The notes beneath the pieces are model-generated. The model saw nothing but the letters and a program-made list of their open reading frames with translations, ran no database searches and had not been told where the DNA came from. The position numbers and the translations under genes were made by a program. Positions 7,801 through 16,434 of a stretch of 16,434 nucleotides of DNA are shown piece after piece. How positions within the stretch are numbered: position 1 is the first letter of the stretch; each line of letters begins with the position of its first letter. This DNA is from Verrucomicrobiota bacterium (GTDB lineage: Bacteria > Verrucomicrobiota > Verrucomicrobiia > Limisphaerales > SXQI01), in contig JANRLX010000120.1 of assembly GCA_033762115.1 (NCBI GenBank), forward strand, positions 1-16,434, in the 5' to 3' direction.

Positions 7801-9089
7801 TTTCCGTGCGCAACCAGGAGGTCAAACTCCTCACCAAAACCGGCAAGGTCCGCACCTTCATCACTTCCTGCGAACCAATCGAGATTCATGGCTACCCAAG
7901 CGCCATCATGATTCTCCACGATATTACCGACCGCCTCGTTCTGGAGGAACAATATCGGCATGCCCAGCGCATGGAAGCCGTCGGCCAGCTCGCCGCCGGT
8001 ATTGCGCATGATTTTAACAACCTCCTCACCATCATCCAGGGCCATGCCTCCCTCGTCCGCGCCACCGCTGCGGATGCAACCCTCGTGGAAAGCGCCGAGG
8101 AAATTGCCGCCGCCAGCGACAGCGCCGCCAAGCTGACTCGCCAACTCCTTACCTTCAGCCGCAGGCAAATCATCGTCCGCAAAAATCTTAACCTTAACGA
8201 TGTCATCGAGCAGCTTGGCAAAATGCTCAGGCGCATCCTGGGCGAGCATATCACCCTCTCCCAAATCTGCGCCCGGGACCTTCCCTTGATTTACGCCGAT
8301 GCCGGCATGATGGAACAGCTCCTCATGAATCTCGTCGTCAATGCCCGCGATGCCATGCCAATTGGCGGCAACGTGACCATCTCCACCTCCGCCTGCCGCT
8401 TTGCCCCCGATCAGTCGCTTCAACATGCCGAGGCAAGGCCTGGCGATTTCGTCTGCCTTGAAGTCACCGATAACGGCCATGGCATGGATGAAAAAACGCA
8501 AAAACGCCTTTTCGAACCTTTCTTCACCACCAAACCGGTTGGCAAAGGCACAGGCCTGGGCCTCGCCACCGTTTATGGCATCATCAAGGACCACGGCGGC
8601 TGGATTGAAGTCATCTCATCCCCCGGCAAGGGCGCACGCTTTCGTATTTTTTTCCCTGCACTGGTCGAACAGGAAACCTCCAAAGACGATGGCCACACAA
8701 AACGGATTGCCCGTGGTGGCTCCGAAACCATCCTCCTCGTCGAGGATGAAAAACCGCTCCGCCTCCTCAGTCGGACAGTCCTCAGCCGCCTCGGTTACAA
8801 AGTCGTCGAAGCTGAGTCCGGCGTCGAGGCCCTCGAACGGTGGAAAGAAATCCGCAATGATGTGGACCTGCTCCTCACAGACATGGTCATGCCCGGCGGC
8901 GTTTCCGGAAAAGATCTCGCCCAGTTTCTCTGCAACGATCGCAAGGACCTCAAGGTCATCTTCTCCAGCGGTTACAGCGTGGACCTTCAGGAACTCGACC
9001 TCCACGAAGATTCAAACTTCCTCCCCAAACCCTACAACCCCGACAAACTCGCCAAAATCATTCGCGCCTGCCTCGACAAAAAATCCTGA
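4809..9089 (+). CDS. Hybrid sensor histidine kinase (signal/TM, large repeated extracytoplasmic region, TM, 2 PAS, HisKA, HATPase, receiver)
   Basis: H-box [11 protein letters not shown]-box [25 protein letters not shown], and receiver ILLVEDE...LLTDMVMP...FLPKP. A TM helix follows PPWWT (~7071). ATG 4809 avoids overlap with the divergent gene, but the start is uncertain. Confidence 0.93.
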   Translation: MYRKRLFPAGNRPCGEKGLHCSTRTLARFPFRFPVLFLTLFSFALFSPAPTAQTLPLLTNIASIRALSRAEASLHPPLRVQAVVTYYDQSQTNFFVQDGTAGIYVAVTEVNWGLRPGDEVIIDGQAAAGMFMPIIASPVIQKIGNKPLGQPTRVSIAELNTPMADSQRVLIEGVIRSVFDDNGRLIYELVEDGARTRVIVYTLAPRGDRRIFIGRKLRAIGIAGGFFNAEGHIIGSKLLVADFSDTQLIDRQFPDPFSLPIETVASLKNHPEGSRVRIRVIAEDSTPRSLLRAHDQTGSITITTREPGSIRPGTIVEAVGFTTKNNPPLFEDAIFRRLGIAHYPGEPEPPFSSRETTILRTVESIRSLSPEEAARNYPVQLRGVITYYDTQQGLLFFQGSTDGIFVTTAEQDLDLKAGDFVQLRGFTHPGQFAPQIQLPRFIIDGDAPMPVARKASYTELLSGAYDSQWIETQGLLDSMQMDGDLLVLSIIPPTGAGSYRAYVPNFTNKPFPNSMLDGKVTLQGVCGSLFNTDRQLTGIHLFIPSLAFVSLDQPSEFSAAENAVIDIGQLSMFSSAIRDNKRVRIQGSVTYQKDSILYVQDKTAAAKIITTFPVQLSPGEKVDVSGYPVPGEFSPVIQHATVIKLGLSTSLDPLLLSPDELVTRRKVSNNGKLVKTSGTLIGKIPGDREIVLALQSGQHIFNASFQGRDPFEALRPGSEIELTGLLLYQLDEQKIPQGFRILLRSPDDVTVTKAPPWWTTRHTIAAIFLLTSTVSISMLWVYALRTKVKKQTALLKENFAKETLLTERFKKLVQNAHDLIFTLDPQGRIHSINDAGRNLLMLSPDETSLTIQELAAPGSLPLIEEWLRAQIATPQSTSTTLQLCKRSGAIAEIEVTSQLLVETDGKTLLQVIGRDITERKAAERALKQSEERFSKAFRSSPTPVSISRLDGNQVDVNDAFLKTLEYDLTDIVKPNFHDFLWADLSQREAVRRKLHEGISVRNQEVKLLTKTGKVRTFITSCEPIEIHGYPSAIMILHDITDRLVLEEQYRHAQRMEAVGQLAAGIAHDFNNLLTIIQGHASLVRATAADATLVESAEEIAAASDSAAKLTRQLLTFSRRQIIVRKNLNLNDVIEQLGKMLRRILGEHITLSQICARDLPLIYADAGMMEQLLMNLVVNARDAMPIGGNVTISTSACRFAPDQSLQHAEARPGDFVCLEVTDNGHGMDEKTQKRLFEPFFTTKPVGKGTGLGLATVYGIIKDHGGWIEVISSPGKGARFRIFFPALVEQETSKDDGHTKRIARGGSETILLVEDEKPLRLLSRTVLSRLGYKVVEAESGVEALERWKEIRNDVDLLLTDMVMPGGVSGKDLAQFLCNDRKDLKVIFSSGYSVDLQELDLHEDSNFLPKPYNPDKLAKIIRACLDKKS

Positions 9090-9111
9090 CCTGCTCAACC
9101 AGCCGGCCTGA

Positions 9112-9720
9112 TCAGAACTCCCGTTTCATTGCCGCCAGCAGTTCCTCATAACTCTCAAACGCTTTAAACTGTGGAAACTGCTCCTGGATATGCTTCGGCG
9201 AGTGAAACAAAAAACCCACATTTGCCTCTCCCAGCATCGCCGTGTCGTTGAACGAATCTCCTGCCGCAATGATCCGGTAATTCAACGCCCGCAACGCTGC
9301 CACAGCTTTCTTTTTCTGGTCCTGCTGCCGCAACAGGTAATTCGTGATGCTTCCCTCCGTGACTTCCAGGCTGTGGCAAAGAATCGTCGGCCAGCCCAGC
9401 TGCTTCATTAACGGTTTCGCGAACTCTTCAAACGTGTCCGAAAGAATAATCACCTGCACCTGCTCCCTCAGTTCATCCAGGAATTCCCTGGCCCCCGGCA
9501 GCGGTTTCAATTGCGCAATCACTTCCTGGATATCCTCCAGCTTCAATCCACGCTCCTTCAGGATTTTCAACCTCCCCCTCATCAAAACGTCATAATCAGG
9601 AATGTCCCGCGTCGTCAGCGACAATTCCTTGATCCCCGTCTTCTCCGAGAACGCGATCCAGATTTCCGGCACCAGCACCCCTTCCAGGTCCAGCGTGACA
9701 ATCGTTTGCTTAGGGTTCAT
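9112..9720 (-). CDS. thrH: Bifunctional phosphoserine phosphatase / homoserine phosphotransferase (HAD family)
   Basis: LDLEGVLVPEIWI, TTRDIPDYDVLM, ILSDTF and AAGDSFNDTAML are typical of ThrH. Confidence 0.93.
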   Translation of the reverse strand: MNPKQTIVTLDLEGVLVPEIWIAFSEKTGIKELSLTTRDIPDYDVLMRGRLKILKERGLKLEDIQEVIAQLKPLPGAREFLDELREQVQVIILSDTFEEFAKPLMKQLGWPTILCHSLEVTEGSITNYLLRQQDQKKKAVAALRALNYRIIAAGDSFNDTAMLGEANVGFLFHSPKHIQEQFPQFKAFESYEELLAAMKREF

Positions 9721-9732
9721 CTCTCGTGATGG

Positions 9733-9762
9733 AAAAGCCGCCGGGAAAATTCCCCAGCGGCT
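9733..9762 (-). terminator. Hairpin after ppdK; possible weak intrinsic terminator
   Basis: Minus strand AGCCGCTGGG-GAATTTT-CCCGGCGGCT-TTT forms a 10-bp stem (one G-U pair) with a short U run, 18 nt after the ppdK stop. Confidence 0.55.
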
Positions 9763-9780
9763 GTGATAAAACGTTTCGAC

Positions 9781-12549
9781 TTACTTCCGGCCTTTGCCTG
9801 CCTTGGGCGCGGCTTTCCTGGCTGCCTGCCGTTCGGCAATCGCCGCCTGCGCTGCCGCCAACCGCGCCACCGGAACACGGAACGGAGAGCAACTCACATA
9901 CGTCAATCCGATCTGATGGCAGAACTTCACAGAATCAGGATCGCCACCATGCTCGCCGCAGATGCCGAGTTTGATGTCGGGACGCGTTGAACGCCCCTTC
10001 TCGATCGCAATCTTCATCAACTGCCCCACCCCGGTCTGGTCAATCGTGGCAAACGGGTTCCGCTTGATGATTTCAGCTTCCTGGTACGGGGCCAGGAACG
10101 ATCCCGAGTCATCACGGCTCATTCCCAGCGCAGTCTGCGTCAGGTCATTCGTTCCGAAACTGAAGAACTCCGCTGTCTGCGCAATTTCATCCGCTGTCAG
10201 CGCTCCGCGTGGCACCTCAATCATCGTGCCCACGCTGTAATTCAGCTTCACCTTCTTCTCCGCCTGCACCTGCTTGGCCACCTCATGCACAATCGCCACC
10301 TGCAGATCCAGTTCCTTCTTAAACCCAACCAGCGGGATCATGATCTCCGGCTTGGCTTTCACTCCAGCCTTCTGCGCCTCGGCCGCCGCTTCAAACACCG
10401 CCCGCGCCTGCATCCGGGTGATTTCAGGATACTTGATCCCCAACCGGCAGCCGCGGAACCCAAGCATAGGGTTGAATTCATGCAACTCATGCACCCGCGA
10501 CATGATCCGCTCCACGTTGATCCCCAGCTTCCTCGCCAGGTCCATCTGCTGCTCCTTCGTGTGTGGCAGGAATTCATGCAATGGCGGATCAAGGAAACGA
10601 ATCGTCGCAGGGAACCCTTTCAATTCCTTGAAAATCCCCAGGAAATCCTCCCGCTGATACGGCAGCAATTTCCCCAGGGCTGCTTCGCGGGCCTCCAGCG
10701 AATCCGCCAGGATCATTTCCCGCATCGCGTCGATCCGGTCCCCCTCGAAAAACATATGCTCCGTCCGTGTCAGCCCGATCCCGGTCGCGCCAAAAGCCAC
10801 CGCATTCCGCGTTTGCTCCGGGTTGTCCGCGTTCGTTCGGACCTGCAGGCGCGAAGCCTTCCCGCACCAATCCATCAGTTGCTTGAAGCTCTTGAACTTC
10901 TCACTCTTCTGCGCTTCCTTGTCCCCGTTGAGCAATCCGGCGATAATTTCCGATGGCGCCGTCTTGATCTCTCCCGCATACACCGTTCCGGCTGTTCCAT
11001 CGATGGAAAGGTACTCCCCTTCCCTGTAGCTTTTTCCCTGGACCGTCACACTCTTGCTCTCGTAATCGATTTCGAGCGCCGAGGCCCCGCAGATACAAAC
11101 CTTCCCCATCTGCCGCGCCACCAATGCCGCATGCGAACTCACGCCGCCGCGTGCGGTCAGGATTCCTTCCGCCGCGATCATCCCGCGCAAATCCTCCGGT
11201 GAGGTTTCAACCCGCACCAGCAACACCTTTTCACCTTTTTCCGCGGCAATCACCGCACGCTCCGCGTTCAGGTAAATCTTCCCCGAGGCCGCGCCAGGCC
11301 CTGCCGGAAGCCCCGTCGCAATCGCCTTTGCCTTCTTCACCTCTCCAGTGTCAAACACCGGCGCCAGCAACTGGTCCAGCTGATCCGCCGGGTTGCGCAC
11401 AATCGCAGTCTCCCAATCGATCAGTTTCTCCTTCACCATGTCCATCGAGAATTTCAGCGCCGCCATCGCGGTCCGCTTTCCATTCCGCGTCTGCAGCATG
11501 AACAGCTTCCCTTCCTGGATCGTAAACTCGATGTCCTGCACATCCTTGAAATGGCTCTCCAGGATTTTACGCACATTCAATAATTCAGCGTACGACTTCG
11601 GCATCGCATCCTTCAACTTCAACACCGGCTCCGGCGTGCGGACACCTGCCACCACATCCTCGCCCTGCGCGTTGATCAGGAACTCACCGTAAAATTCATT
11701 TGCTCCGTTTGCCGGGTTGCGCGTAAAGGCCACACCCGAGCCCGAGGTCTCGCCCGTGTTCCCATACACCATCGCCTGCACATTCACCGCGGGTCCCCAT
11801 TCCGATGGAATGTTGTACTTCCTGCGATACACAATCGCCCGGTCATTCATCCAGGAACCGAACACCGCACCCGCAGCCCCTCGAAGCTGGTCCCACGGGT
11901 CGTTCGGGAACACTTTCCCGGTCCGTTTCTTCACCAGCTCCTTGAACCGCTTCACCAGTTCCTGCTGGTCTTTCGCCGTCAACTCGCTATCGACAATATC
12001 CTCGTGATACGTCTCATGCTTGTAGGTATGGATCACCGTTTCAAACGGTTCATGATCTTCCCCCTCACGCTTCTGCACCCCCAGCACCACATCCCCGTAC
12101 ATCTGGATGAATCGGCGGTAACAGTCCCACACAAACCGTTCATTCTTCGTCGCTGCCGCCAGCGAGAGGACAGTCTGGTCGTTCAACCCAAGGTTCAAAA
12201 TCGTGTCCATCATCCCGGGCATCGAATCCCGCGCCCCTGATCGCACTGCCACCAGCAACGGCATTCCCTTGGCGTCACCGAACTTGCAGCCCATGATCTT
12301 TTCCATGTTCCGCACCCCATCCTCCATCTGCGCCTGCAACTGCTTCGGGTAAGTCCGCTTGTTCGCGTAATAATATGTGCAAACTTCTGTTGTGATCGTG
12401 AAGCCCGGAGGCACAGGAAGACCAATCCGGGTCATTTCAGCCAGATTCGCTCCCTTGCCGCCCAGAAGTGCTTTCATGGAGCCATCCCCATCAGCTTTTT
12501 TATTGCCGAATACATAAACGTATTTGGCCGCTTTTAATGCAGTTGCCAT
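9781..12549 (-). CDS. ppdK: Pyruvate, phosphate dikinase
   Basis: 922 aa with [33 protein letters not shown] (phospho-His), [17 protein letters not shown] and [10 protein letters not shown]. Confidence 0.98.
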   Translation of the reverse strand: MATALKAAKYVYVFGNKKADGDGSMKALLGGKGANLAEMTRIGLPVPPGFTITTEVCTYYYANKRTYPKQLQAQMEDGVRNMEKIMGCKFGDAKGMPLLVAVRSGARDSMPGMMDTILNLGLNDQTVLSLAAATKNERFVWDCYRRFIQMYGDVVLGVQKREGEDHEPFETVIHTYKHETYHEDIVDSELTAKDQQELVKRFKELVKKRTGKVFPNDPWDQLRGAAGAVFGSWMNDRAIVYRRKYNIPSEWGPAVNVQAMVYGNTGETSGSGVAFTRNPANGANEFYGEFLINAQGEDVVAGVRTPEPVLKLKDAMPKSYAELLNVRKILESHFKDVQDIEFTIQEGKLFMLQTRNGKRTAMAALKFSMDMVKEKLIDWETAIVRNPADQLDQLLAPVFDTGEVKKAKAIATGLPAGPGAASGKIYLNAERAVIAAEKGEKVLLVRVETSPEDLRGMIAAEGILTARGGVSSHAALVARQMGKVCICGASALEIDYESKSVTVQGKSYREGEYLSIDGTAGTVYAGEIKTAPSEIIAGLLNGDKEAQKSEKFKSFKQLMDWCGKASRLQVRTNADNPEQTRNAVAFGATGIGLTRTEHMFFEGDRIDAMREMILADSLEAREAALGKLLPYQREDFLGIFKELKGFPATIRFLDPPLHEFLPHTKEQQMDLARKLGINVERIMSRVHELHEFNPMLGFRGCRLGIKYPEITRMQARAVFEAAAEAQKAGVKAKPEIMIPLVGFKKELDLQVAIVHEVAKQVQAEKKVKLNYSVGTMIEVPRGALTADEIAQTAEFFSFGTNDLTQTALGMSRDDSGSFLAPYQEAEIIKRNPFATIDQTGVGQLMKIAIEKGRSTRPDIKLGICGEHGGDPDSVKFCHQIGLTYVSCSPFRVPVARLAAAQAAIAERQAARKAAPKAGKGRK

Positions 12550-12609
12550 ATCAGATGATTAAATAAAGGTGTAGTTTTCTTCGGAAAATCCACGGAAACC
12601 GAGCGGCGA

Positions 12610-12637
12610 ATGCTAACAAAGGAACTTCCCCTGTCAA
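12610..12637 (-). promoter_or_regulatory. Putative sigma70 promoter of ppdK
   Basis: Minus strand TTGACA, 16-nt spacer ending in TGt, then TAGCAT, about 60 nt upstream of the ATG. Confidence 0.55.
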
Positions 12638-12704
12638 CCACTCCATCTGTCAAAACTCCCGATGCCTCCCGAATCCATTTTTACATCGCCTTGCCTTTAA
12701 GAGG

Positions 12705-14120
12705 TCAATGCTGCGTTTGTTTCACCGAAAGGCGCAGGAAAAGGTTCGGCGGGGTCAGATCAAGGGGTTGTCTGAACTCCTGATTTTCGTTGGATATAAA
12801 GCTTCCAGCCGTGGTCCAATTCCCTTTGAGATCTGCCGCAGATTCCAGCGTGTAAGTCCGGCCTGCCGCCCCAACCCATCGCACCTCCACCTCACCGGAC
12901 TGGACTCGTGTCACTGCCAGGCGCAGGACTGATTCTGAGTCCTTTGGATTTGTCCCCGCCCAATACTCCTCCACATCCGGCACCCGGTCCATGTCACTCT
13001 GAATTCGCCAGTTCACCGCCCTTTCCGGATCGCCAGCCGCATGCCTGGCTTCAATATACCCAATGGCCTGTTCGAGCAGGTAATCACGATTGGCCTCGTC
13101 GTTGAAACTGGCCTCGGCCAACACTCGGATCGCCGGTTGAATTCCGCGATCCTCGATGATTTCCTGTTCGGGAGTGTAGGCAATCCATGTGCTGATGGTG
13201 TAATTGATTCCGAGTTCAGAAATGGATCGCAGAACTGGATTGCCCGAGCCACCGCGCGTGCGATCACCCATGAGCACGGCGTTGGGCGCTTCGCGAAGCA
13301 TCAGTGCAAAAGACTCCGCTGAACTGAGGCAGCCCTGGCCGACGAGCGCCACCATCGGGGCCGAAAGGTAAAGAACGGGATGCGGCGGCGCTTCCTTGGC
13401 TGTTAATTCGGTAAAATCGAAAGGCCCAGGCCCTGTCCGGGTGCGGGTATATCCATAAAGCGTCGCGCGGTTGAGAAAGAACCCCGCGATCCGACGCGCG
13501 TGAAGTTCATTGCCGCCTCCATTCCGCCGAAGATCAAGGATCACTCCTCGCAGGCCCGCCATTGATTGGAAGAAAGACAACAGATCAGCATCACTGATCT
13601 TGTTTAACGTGGCTGTATCCAGAGTCGGCAGGACCACATGGGCCACATTATTGGTGAGGATGGTATGAATCAACGCCCCGGCAGATTTGTAGTTTTCGTA
13701 TGGCTTGGAGATATATTGAGTGGGCAGTCCCACTGGATAGTTCCGCGCGACCGGCCGAGGTGTGCCAATCCAGACGCCATCGGGCTTTTGCACAGCGACA
13801 TGCCAGTCGTGAAGGACGCTCAAACTCTCATTCAAAGCCACCGCAAACTCCTCTGCTGACAAGGAAGCTTCGAAACGTGATTTGTTGGTTTCGTAAACAG
13901 CGTCCCAGTCAATCCCTTTGACTTCAAAATAAGAGTAGGTTTGCCTGAAATCTTCCCAGACATTCCGAAAATGCTCCGCTGATGTGGCAGCTTGGACGCT
14001 ATTTGTAAGTTGAAAAATCATGAACATCCCGCAAGCGAATGCCTTGATAATCCGGACCAGCGAGTGCTCAAGAACTTTGGGTTGATGGATGCTCACAAAT
14101 CTTTGACGGTTGGGTGCCAT
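12705..14120 (-). CDS. Secreted S41-family peptidase with a C-terminal accessory domain
   Basis: Signal-like N-terminus ending VQA, tricorn-C1-like segment (YSYFEVKGIDWDAVY...LHDWHV), and S41 motifs ILDLRRNGGG, SSAESFA, GDRTRGG and GIQP. The start is uncertain. Confidence 0.87.
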   Translation of the reverse strand: MAPNRQRFVSIHQPKVLEHSLVRIIKAFACGMFMIFQLTNSVQAATSAEHFRNVWEDFRQTYSYFEVKGIDWDAVYETNKSRFEASLSAEEFAVALNESLSVLHDWHVAVQKPDGVWIGTPRPVARNYPVGLPTQYISKPYENYKSAGALIHTILTNNVAHVVLPTLDTATLNKISDADLLSFFQSMAGLRGVILDLRRNGGGNELHARRIAGFFLNRATLYGYTRTRTGPGPFDFTELTAKEAPPHPVLYLSAPMVALVGQGCLSSAESFALMLREAPNAVLMGDRTRGGSGNPVLRSISELGINYTISTWIAYTPEQEIIEDRGIQPAIRVLAEASFNDEANRDYLLEQAIGYIEARHAAGDPERAVNWRIQSDMDRVPDVEEYWAGTNPKDSESVLRLAVTRVQSGEVEVRWVGAAGRTYTLESAADLKGNWTTAGSFISNENQEFRQPLDLTPPNLFLRLSVKQTQH

Positions 14121-14339
14121 GGACAGGTTGCCTTCCCCCTGAGCAAAAGTCCATCCCTGGTTTCATGGGAATCCTGAGTTGCAAATGCTTCTTTGGACAA
14201 GGAAGACGCCTGTTACACCACTAAATCATCCCCATTACCCCTTGACTGCACGAATAACGATCTTCAAACACATTATTTTACCTTAATTGACTATTTTTAC
14301 ATTTAAATATTGTAATAAAACAATATTAAACACTTAATC

Positions 14340-14390
14340 CTTATGAGCAAACGCAAACGTCTCCGCAAGCTTCTCCAATCTCAGGCCACC
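14340..14390 (+). repeat. 51-bp direct repeat, copy 1
   Basis: 49/51 identical to 16075..16125; the first 41 nt are exact. Confidence 0.95.
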
Positions 14391-14417
14391 CCCAAATCAC
14401 TCCTCACCCCCACCTGA
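14343..14417 (+). pseudogene. 24-aa ORF MSKRKRLRKLLQSQATPKSLLTPT*; truncated paralog of the 16078 ORF, or a small peptide
   Basis: The first 15 residues are identical to those of the ORF at 16078. It follows an AT-rich upstream region. Confidence 0.5.
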
Positions 14418-14432
14418 ATCCCTCTTTTCGTC

Positions 14433-15884
14433 TTACAGTTTGCCGCGACGCCTGAGGTTTTCTTCCACCTGCGCTTTGAACTGGGCCAGCCCTTCCGCGT
14501 TTCTGAAACGTCCGTACATCGATTTAGGAGCCTGCGCGATCAGTTGAAGGGCAATCTCGTCCTTGCCACAGCGCGAGGCATAATAGGCATACTCCAGGTT
14601 CCTGCTTACCATTGGCCATCGTCGAATCGCTGTGTCGTAAGTATCACGAATATCCAGCCATACATGCTCCTGTTTAAAATAATCGGTCTCCTCCTCATGA
14701 TACGCTTCCAGCTGTGAATGCACATGGATCATGACCGTCGCAAGAGCAGGGCCAAATTTCGGATTCATAATACATTCCCGCCCGAACTGCCTCATCTCCA
14801 GTTCGTCTCCATACCACTTTGGTGAAAGATAATTCAATTTTCGTTGGGCAGCGTCATGGTTGTTGGGGTCCATCGAGATCGCCCGGTCAAACCAAAGTTC
14901 CATTCGTTCCCGCCCCTTCCCCTGGCCGAGTTCCACAGTGAGCATTTCCGTCGCGGCCCAAACATTCCCTCCATCCAGGTCCCAACATTTCTCGAGCGCG
15001 GCTTCTGCAATCTCAAGATCCGCTTCGAATTTCACCCATCCCTGGGGACTCACCGTGTTAGCCAAACCCGATCCCCGCGCTTTCCAGGCCGAATCAATAT
15101 ACGCACGCCCTTTGACGAGTTGGATTTCCGCAGTCTTCGGCCAATGCTGCATCAGATGAGGTTCGATTTGCAGCCATGCCTTGTCCGGATTTGGTTCCAG
15201 CCGTTTCAGCAAGTCAAAGTATTGGGAGGTCATCTCGTAAACATCCTGTGGTGGAAGGGAACGGTCGCTCGTGGCTTGAAAAAATGATTTTTTCGCCGAC
15301 ACCACGAACGGATGCTCAGGGGTCAATTCTCTGTCATTGAGCAACGCTGCGCCACGTAATGCCGGATAAAAACTGAACATGGCATGATAGTCGAACAGCC
15401 CATCGACGATTTCCCGATAGGCAGCCTTAAGCTCATTGGTTCCAATAGACCCTTCAGGAAGGTAACGCACCGCCAGATAACGAAGTAACGGATCAGTGGA
15501 GCCAGCTTTGACTGCTGCAGCCGCAAGCGGAGTGACCTGCCCCGCCTGGATTAAAGGGCTTCCCGACAACCTCATCGTCAACCATTTGGAAAAGGCATTC
15601 GTCGCCTCCACGAAACCGGGCGAACTGTCCCCATTCAGCTTCACATATTTAACGAGGGTGTTCTCCTCGTACCACTCTTTGCGAAGCCGGTTCTCGGCAG
15701 GAAAATCCCGATTCTTCGCCTTGAGAGCGCCCGGTAAATTAAACGGAAGAGTATTTTGGGATGCAGTTGCCGCAAGAGGCGCAGCAGGCGTGCTTTCTGC
15801 CTCAGGCGGAGCAGAAGCTTTTTGCCCACAACCATAAAAAAATGCACTCAGCAGAAAAAGCAAGGGGAGAAGGCTTGGCTTCAT
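14433..15884 (-). CDS. Hypothetical lipoprotein with a DUF4034-like helical domain
   Basis: Signal II-like MKPSLLPLLFLLSAFFYG-C, then an A/P-rich linker. AWKARGSGLANTVS...F...L..A...L and YLSPKWYG resemble DUF4034-containing proteins. Confidence 0.7.
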   Translation of the reverse strand: MKPSLLPLLFLLSAFFYGCGQKASAPPEAESTPAAPLAATASQNTLPFNLPGALKAKNRDFPAENRLRKEWYEENTLVKYVKLNGDSSPGFVEATNAFSKWLTMRLSGSPLIQAGQVTPLAAAAVKAGSTDPLLRYLAVRYLPEGSIGTNELKAAYREIVDGLFDYHAMFSFYPALRGAALLNDRELTPEHPFVVSAKKSFFQATSDRSLPPQDVYEMTSQYFDLLKRLEPNPDKAWLQIEPHLMQHWPKTAEIQLVKGRAYIDSAWKARGSGLANTVSPQGWVKFEADLEIAEAALEKCWDLDGGNVWAATEMLTVELGQGKGRERMELWFDRAISMDPNNHDAAQRKLNYLSPKWYGDELEMRQFGRECIMNPKFGPALATVMIHVHSQLEAYHEEETDYFKQEHVWLDIRDTYDTAIRRWPMVSRNLEYAYYASRCGKDEIALQLIAQAPKSMYGRFRNAEGLAQFKAQVEENLRRRGKL

Positions 15885-16074
15885 CGCAACCTTTGATAGA
15901 GCAGTGCGCACCGCCTTGCAACTGAATTGGCTTCCATCTATGCAAAGAAGTTCAAGTCTCTCCCAATGAGCCTCGCATAATAATCAAACTAATTTAACTT
16001 TTATTGTTGACATATGTGCTCAATTTTGGTTTGAATCAAATGCAGAATAATAAATCGCACTGTAATCATCAAAT

Positions 16075-16125
16075 CTTATGAGCAAACGCAAACGTCTCCG
16101 CAAGCTTCTCCAATCCCAGGCCGCC
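16075..16125 (+). repeat. 51-bp direct repeat, copy 2
   Basis: 49/51 identical to 14340..14390. Confidence 0.95.
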
Positions 16126-16434
16126 GCAGCCAGCAAAGCTCCTCTGCCTCCCGGTAACATTCTCTCCATCCCAACGCCTCCCACTCCCCTCGTCACCTCC
16201 GGCAGCAAACAAAAAGCCGTCGACCTCCTCTGGGAAATGTTGCACAGGAAGTTGCAAAGCCCCGATGCCATGACCGATCTCCATTTCCTCACCAAATCCA
16301 TCGAAAAAATGCTCCGCATCGAACTGGCCCATCGCAAGCAGGACCATGCCGAACGAAAACTCCTCCTCGCCGAAAAGAAACAGGAGCTTGCCGCCCGGAA
16401 ATTCGCCTTCCAGCAACTCAAACAACAGGAGAAA
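16078..16434 (+). CDS. Hypothetical protein, truncated by the window end (basic N-terminus, Pro-rich linker, coiled coil)
   Basis: 119 open codons from ATG 16078 (MSKRKRLRKLLQSQAAAASKAPLPPG...ERKLLLAEKKQELAARKFAFQQLKQQEK) with host-like C-ending codons. It is missing from the ORF track, presumably because it has no stop in the window. Confidence 0.75.
   Translation, partial: MSKRKRLRKLLQSQAAAASKAPLPPGNILSIPTPPTPLVTSGSKQKAVDLLWEMLHRKLQSPDAMTDLHFLTKSIEKMLRIELAHRKQDHAERKLLLAEKKQELAARKFAFQQLKQQEK

Noticed and set aside
5217..8594. Long minus-strand ORFs of 386 aa and 544 aa
   Set aside because: They are antisense shadows of the histidine kinase caused by codon bias, with no motifs.
10285..11202. 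305-aa plus-strand ORF
   Set aside because: It is an antisense shadow of ppdK.
11791..11799. [12 protein letters not shown] where WGTAVNVQ is usual
   Set aside because: A single-residue change explainable by one substitution or a base-call error; the frame is intact.
16020..16425. Two minus-strand ORFs (133 aa and 118 aa)
   Set aside because: They are antisense to the open plus-strand frame from 16078, whose start is duplicated at 14343 and whose codon usage is host-like.
1..16434. CRISPR array, rRNA, IS transposase or reverse transcriptase
   Set aside because: No regularly spaced repeats or matching motifs were seen.

Overview
Bacterial chromosomal window, probably Verrucomicrobiota (inferred from gene content and protein style). 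The left ~2.1 kb is the end of an integrative element: a small basic protein and a large serine recombinase (LSR) whose ORF runs 12 nt into an antisense tRNA-Leu(GAG). The main unexplained structure is a 115-bp inverted repeat with 112/115 identity (136..250 vs 2009..2123). It brackets both genes and duplicates the 3' end of the recombinase. The left copy continues in frame into a different C-terminal tail (WCTVLDHLRTFFS*) instead of the tRNA-derived WCG*, so inverting the cassette would swap the recombinase's own C-terminus. The rest is mostly ordinary: a ClsB-like phospholipase D, YggU/YggT, a large hybrid histidine kinase, thrH, ppdK, a secreted S41 peptidase and a DUF4034-like lipoprotein. 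The lipoprotein is flanked by a 51-bp direct repeat that starts a 24-aa ORF and a window-truncated ORF. All calls come from reading the sequence; no searches were run.
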